A DNA stretch of 64,000 bases from Somniosus microcephalus (taxonomy: Eukaryota): NCBI GenBank assembly GCA_052327205.1, contig CM126228.1, positions 14,260,001 to 14,324,000 of the forward strand. The letters run 5' to 3'. Position 1 is the first letter of the stretch, and each line of letters opens with the position of its first letter. This document shows positions 61,501-64,000 of the stretch, piece by piece. Position numbers and translations under genes: made by a program. The notes below the pieces were generated by a model. That model had not been told where the DNA came from, did no database searches, and was given only the letters and a program-made list of their open reading frames with translations.

Positions 61501-62469
61501 CCAAAACAAAAAATAACGTTGTCAAGCATTTTCCCCATGGAGAGTGTATCCCATTAGCACTTTGTCTGCAACGTGGAGTCGCTCCCCCCTTATGTTTTTG
61601 TAAAACTCAAATATCAGGTGGGACTCTAGGTCAGGGCAACTTCTTTTTCATCTCTCTCTATTTTATCAATGCTCCGTGCTCCTCTGAACTTTCCTCTCTT
61701 CACCTCCCAACTTCCAAATGCATCACCTTACACACTCTTCTCCCTGCATCCTCAATGTGTTGTATTAACATATAAGAAAGTTCAGGATTGGGAAAGACTA
61801 TGCAGTTCATCTGCTCAGTCCCAAAGTCTAATACCATTCCACCACCCACTCCCCCAATATCGATCTTTGGCCATTCACGTGGGTTTCCCAGTTTTAAAAA
61901 CATATGCTCATTGTAGGATTCATATACTCAAGAGCAGGAACATATTGAAAACCAGAGCCCACAACGCCAGACCCAGTGATATATCACTGCATTAACAAAC
62001 AAACTTCAAGTCACTCAAATCCATTCAAAATTAGCTTTATTTTATTTATAAAATTATAAATACTTCAAATAAATAGATGATTTATCATGACTTGCAATAG
62101 TTAGACGGGGGGTCTGCATACATACTAATTAAATGACTCAGACAGAAATGGACTTCAGTACACCTCACAACCACACAGCTTTATCAAGTCACCCTGCTCC
62201 AGAGAATTATCCTATTTAGCCCACTTACAGCATGGTTTTGTATAAAAGTAACTCATTTTATTCCATCTTATGGCTTGATCGGTAAATGTGCAAACATCAT
62301 ATACAGCATGAATGATCCAGTTCAATCTGTCAGTTAGTTGATGTCAGATTCAGTAGTACTTGGCTGCTAACATTGGCGTCAGTGTCCCTGGGCTAGAGAG
62401 ATATATATAAAAAACACAATCAGCCAGGTTCCTGCTCTACTATTCAGTGACTCCTACTATTATTCAACA

Positions 62470-62950
62470 GTCAGCTTGGCTCAGTCAGCATCACTCAGAT
62501 CTTTTAGTCAGAAGGTTATGGGTTAAGCCCCACTCTAAGACCTGAGCACATAATCTACACTGATACTACAGTGCTCTATTGAGGGAGTACTGAATATTCG
62601 GACATCGTCCTTCAGATAAGATATTAAACTGAGGCCCTGCCTGCCTGCTCCAGTGGTTGAAGGAGGTGCAAGAGATCTCATGATACAATTGGAAGAAGAG
62701 TAGGGAATTCTCTTGAAGTCTTGGTCAATATTCCTACCTCAAACACTACCACCAACAAAAAAGATCATAATAACTGGTCACTGATCATATTTGCTGCTTG
62801 TGTGACTTTGCTGTACACAAGTTGACTGCTGCACTTACCCACATAACCTAGGAAGATTAGTTGCACTTCAAAGTAATTGACTGCATGTAAAGTGCTTTAG
62901 GAAGTCCTGAGAGATTGATAAGTCTCTATATAAATGGAGATCTTTCTTTC
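62470..62950 (+). mobile_element. Deu-domain (SacSINE-like) SINE
   Basis: Head gtcagcttggctcagt...agtcagaaggttatgggtt, body ggaagaagagtagggaattctc, tail ctatataaatggagatctttctttc. Confidence 0.8.
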
Positions 62951-63529
62951 TTTCTGTGTGTGTGTGTGTATGCACGCATGCGCATGTCAATGTCGAATAG
63001 ACTTAGTTCTGATGCCCCTTCAATCAAAATAGTCTGCCGACACTTGCTATGTAGGCGCACACATGAAGAATATCCATTGGATTTGGTGCTGAAGAGCTGC
63101 TGGGGCCTGTGCAGCTAAACCCCAGAGAAAATCAGCACCTTCAGGAAAGGGAGGGAGAAAAATGAGAAGGAAAAACAAATCATTGTTTTCATGTCCTTCA
63201 GCTAACATTCTCCAATATGGGGTTAAAGAAAAAGACAATTAAAAAAAATTCTGCCCTCCTTTTCTTTGTAAAGTTTGCACCGATTGGAAAGATTGTTGGC
63301 CAACATTATGGGATGATGTTGATTCACAGAGACACATGTCAGTCACTGTGGTTAGAAGTATCCAGGCTTTTTTTTAAGAAGGTGTGCGCTTTTGGAGATT
63401 CACCAACGAGAGTCAGAGACAGCGAGTGAAGAGAAATCAAAACTGGATTCCACTGTTCTCAAGAGTTATCCTGTTAAATTTGAGGCAATGCTGCTGTATC
63501 ATGTTCCCCCTTGTCCTAAAAATACAAGG

Positions 63530-63775
63530 AAAATGCAGGAGAGAATCCAGCCATATAGTCAGCGATTACACTAAGCTTGCACAGATCCCTGGTGAGGCCA
63601 CAATTGGAGTGCTGCATCTAGTTTTGAACATCCTACCTTCGGAAGGAAATTGATATATTGGAGAGGGTTGAGAGAAGAGAGACACGGATGATTCCAGGAC
63701 TCAGGGCTCTAAGTTATGAGGAATGACTCACAAAACAAAACTGGTTTTCATTGCAGAAAAAAAGATTGGGTTGGA
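63530..63775 (+). mobile_element. Old CR1 fragment
   Basis: SLVRPQLECCI*F...LERVE...MIPGLRALSYEE remnant. Confidence 0.75.
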
Positions 63776-64000
63776 GAGAGGGGAGGGCATGACCCAATGT
63801 GTCAAAATTTATCAGGGGTCCTGAGCTAGGGATGGAAAAACTCAACCAGAATTCCCACTACTGATCACGATCCTTTGAATTCTGTTGGATAATCAACACG
63901 TGTGACCATTAGGTGAGCACACATTTGGGCTCAGTTACATTGCCCACCAAGTTGAATGGTCTTCATTTAGGATCATACATGCAGAATGGCCATTTGGTTG

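Overview
Repeat-rich vertebrate genomic DNA. The repeat types (CR1 and L2 LINE fragments, Deu-domain and other tRNA-derived SINEs, a 65-bp 'ctctacactgtccc' repeat, Harbinger/Tigger/hAT DNA elements) point to a cartilaginous fish such as a shark; this is an inference. I recognise no complete host gene. There are only candidate exons, the best being a terminal coding exon at 13765-13973 with a TACTAAC branch point. Most ORFs in the supplied track are TE-derived or spurious. The main structures are: (1) a decayed two-gene Harbinger element at ~9.3-12.3 kb (spliced Myb/SANT gene plus a convergent transposase N-terminus) inserted into one copy of a local duplication; (2) two young copies of a highly structured tRNA-headed SINE with a (GAC)n tail and 11-bp TSDs, one inside a ~165-bp inverted duplication whose other arm preserves the empty site; (3) several minimal hammerhead-ribozyme-like motifs in short Penelope-type repeats; (4) a TE-poor block at ~41.4-46.5 kb that looks like conserved developmental enhancers. 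All alignments were made by eye and no database was searched. I cannot claim a proven new biological system.
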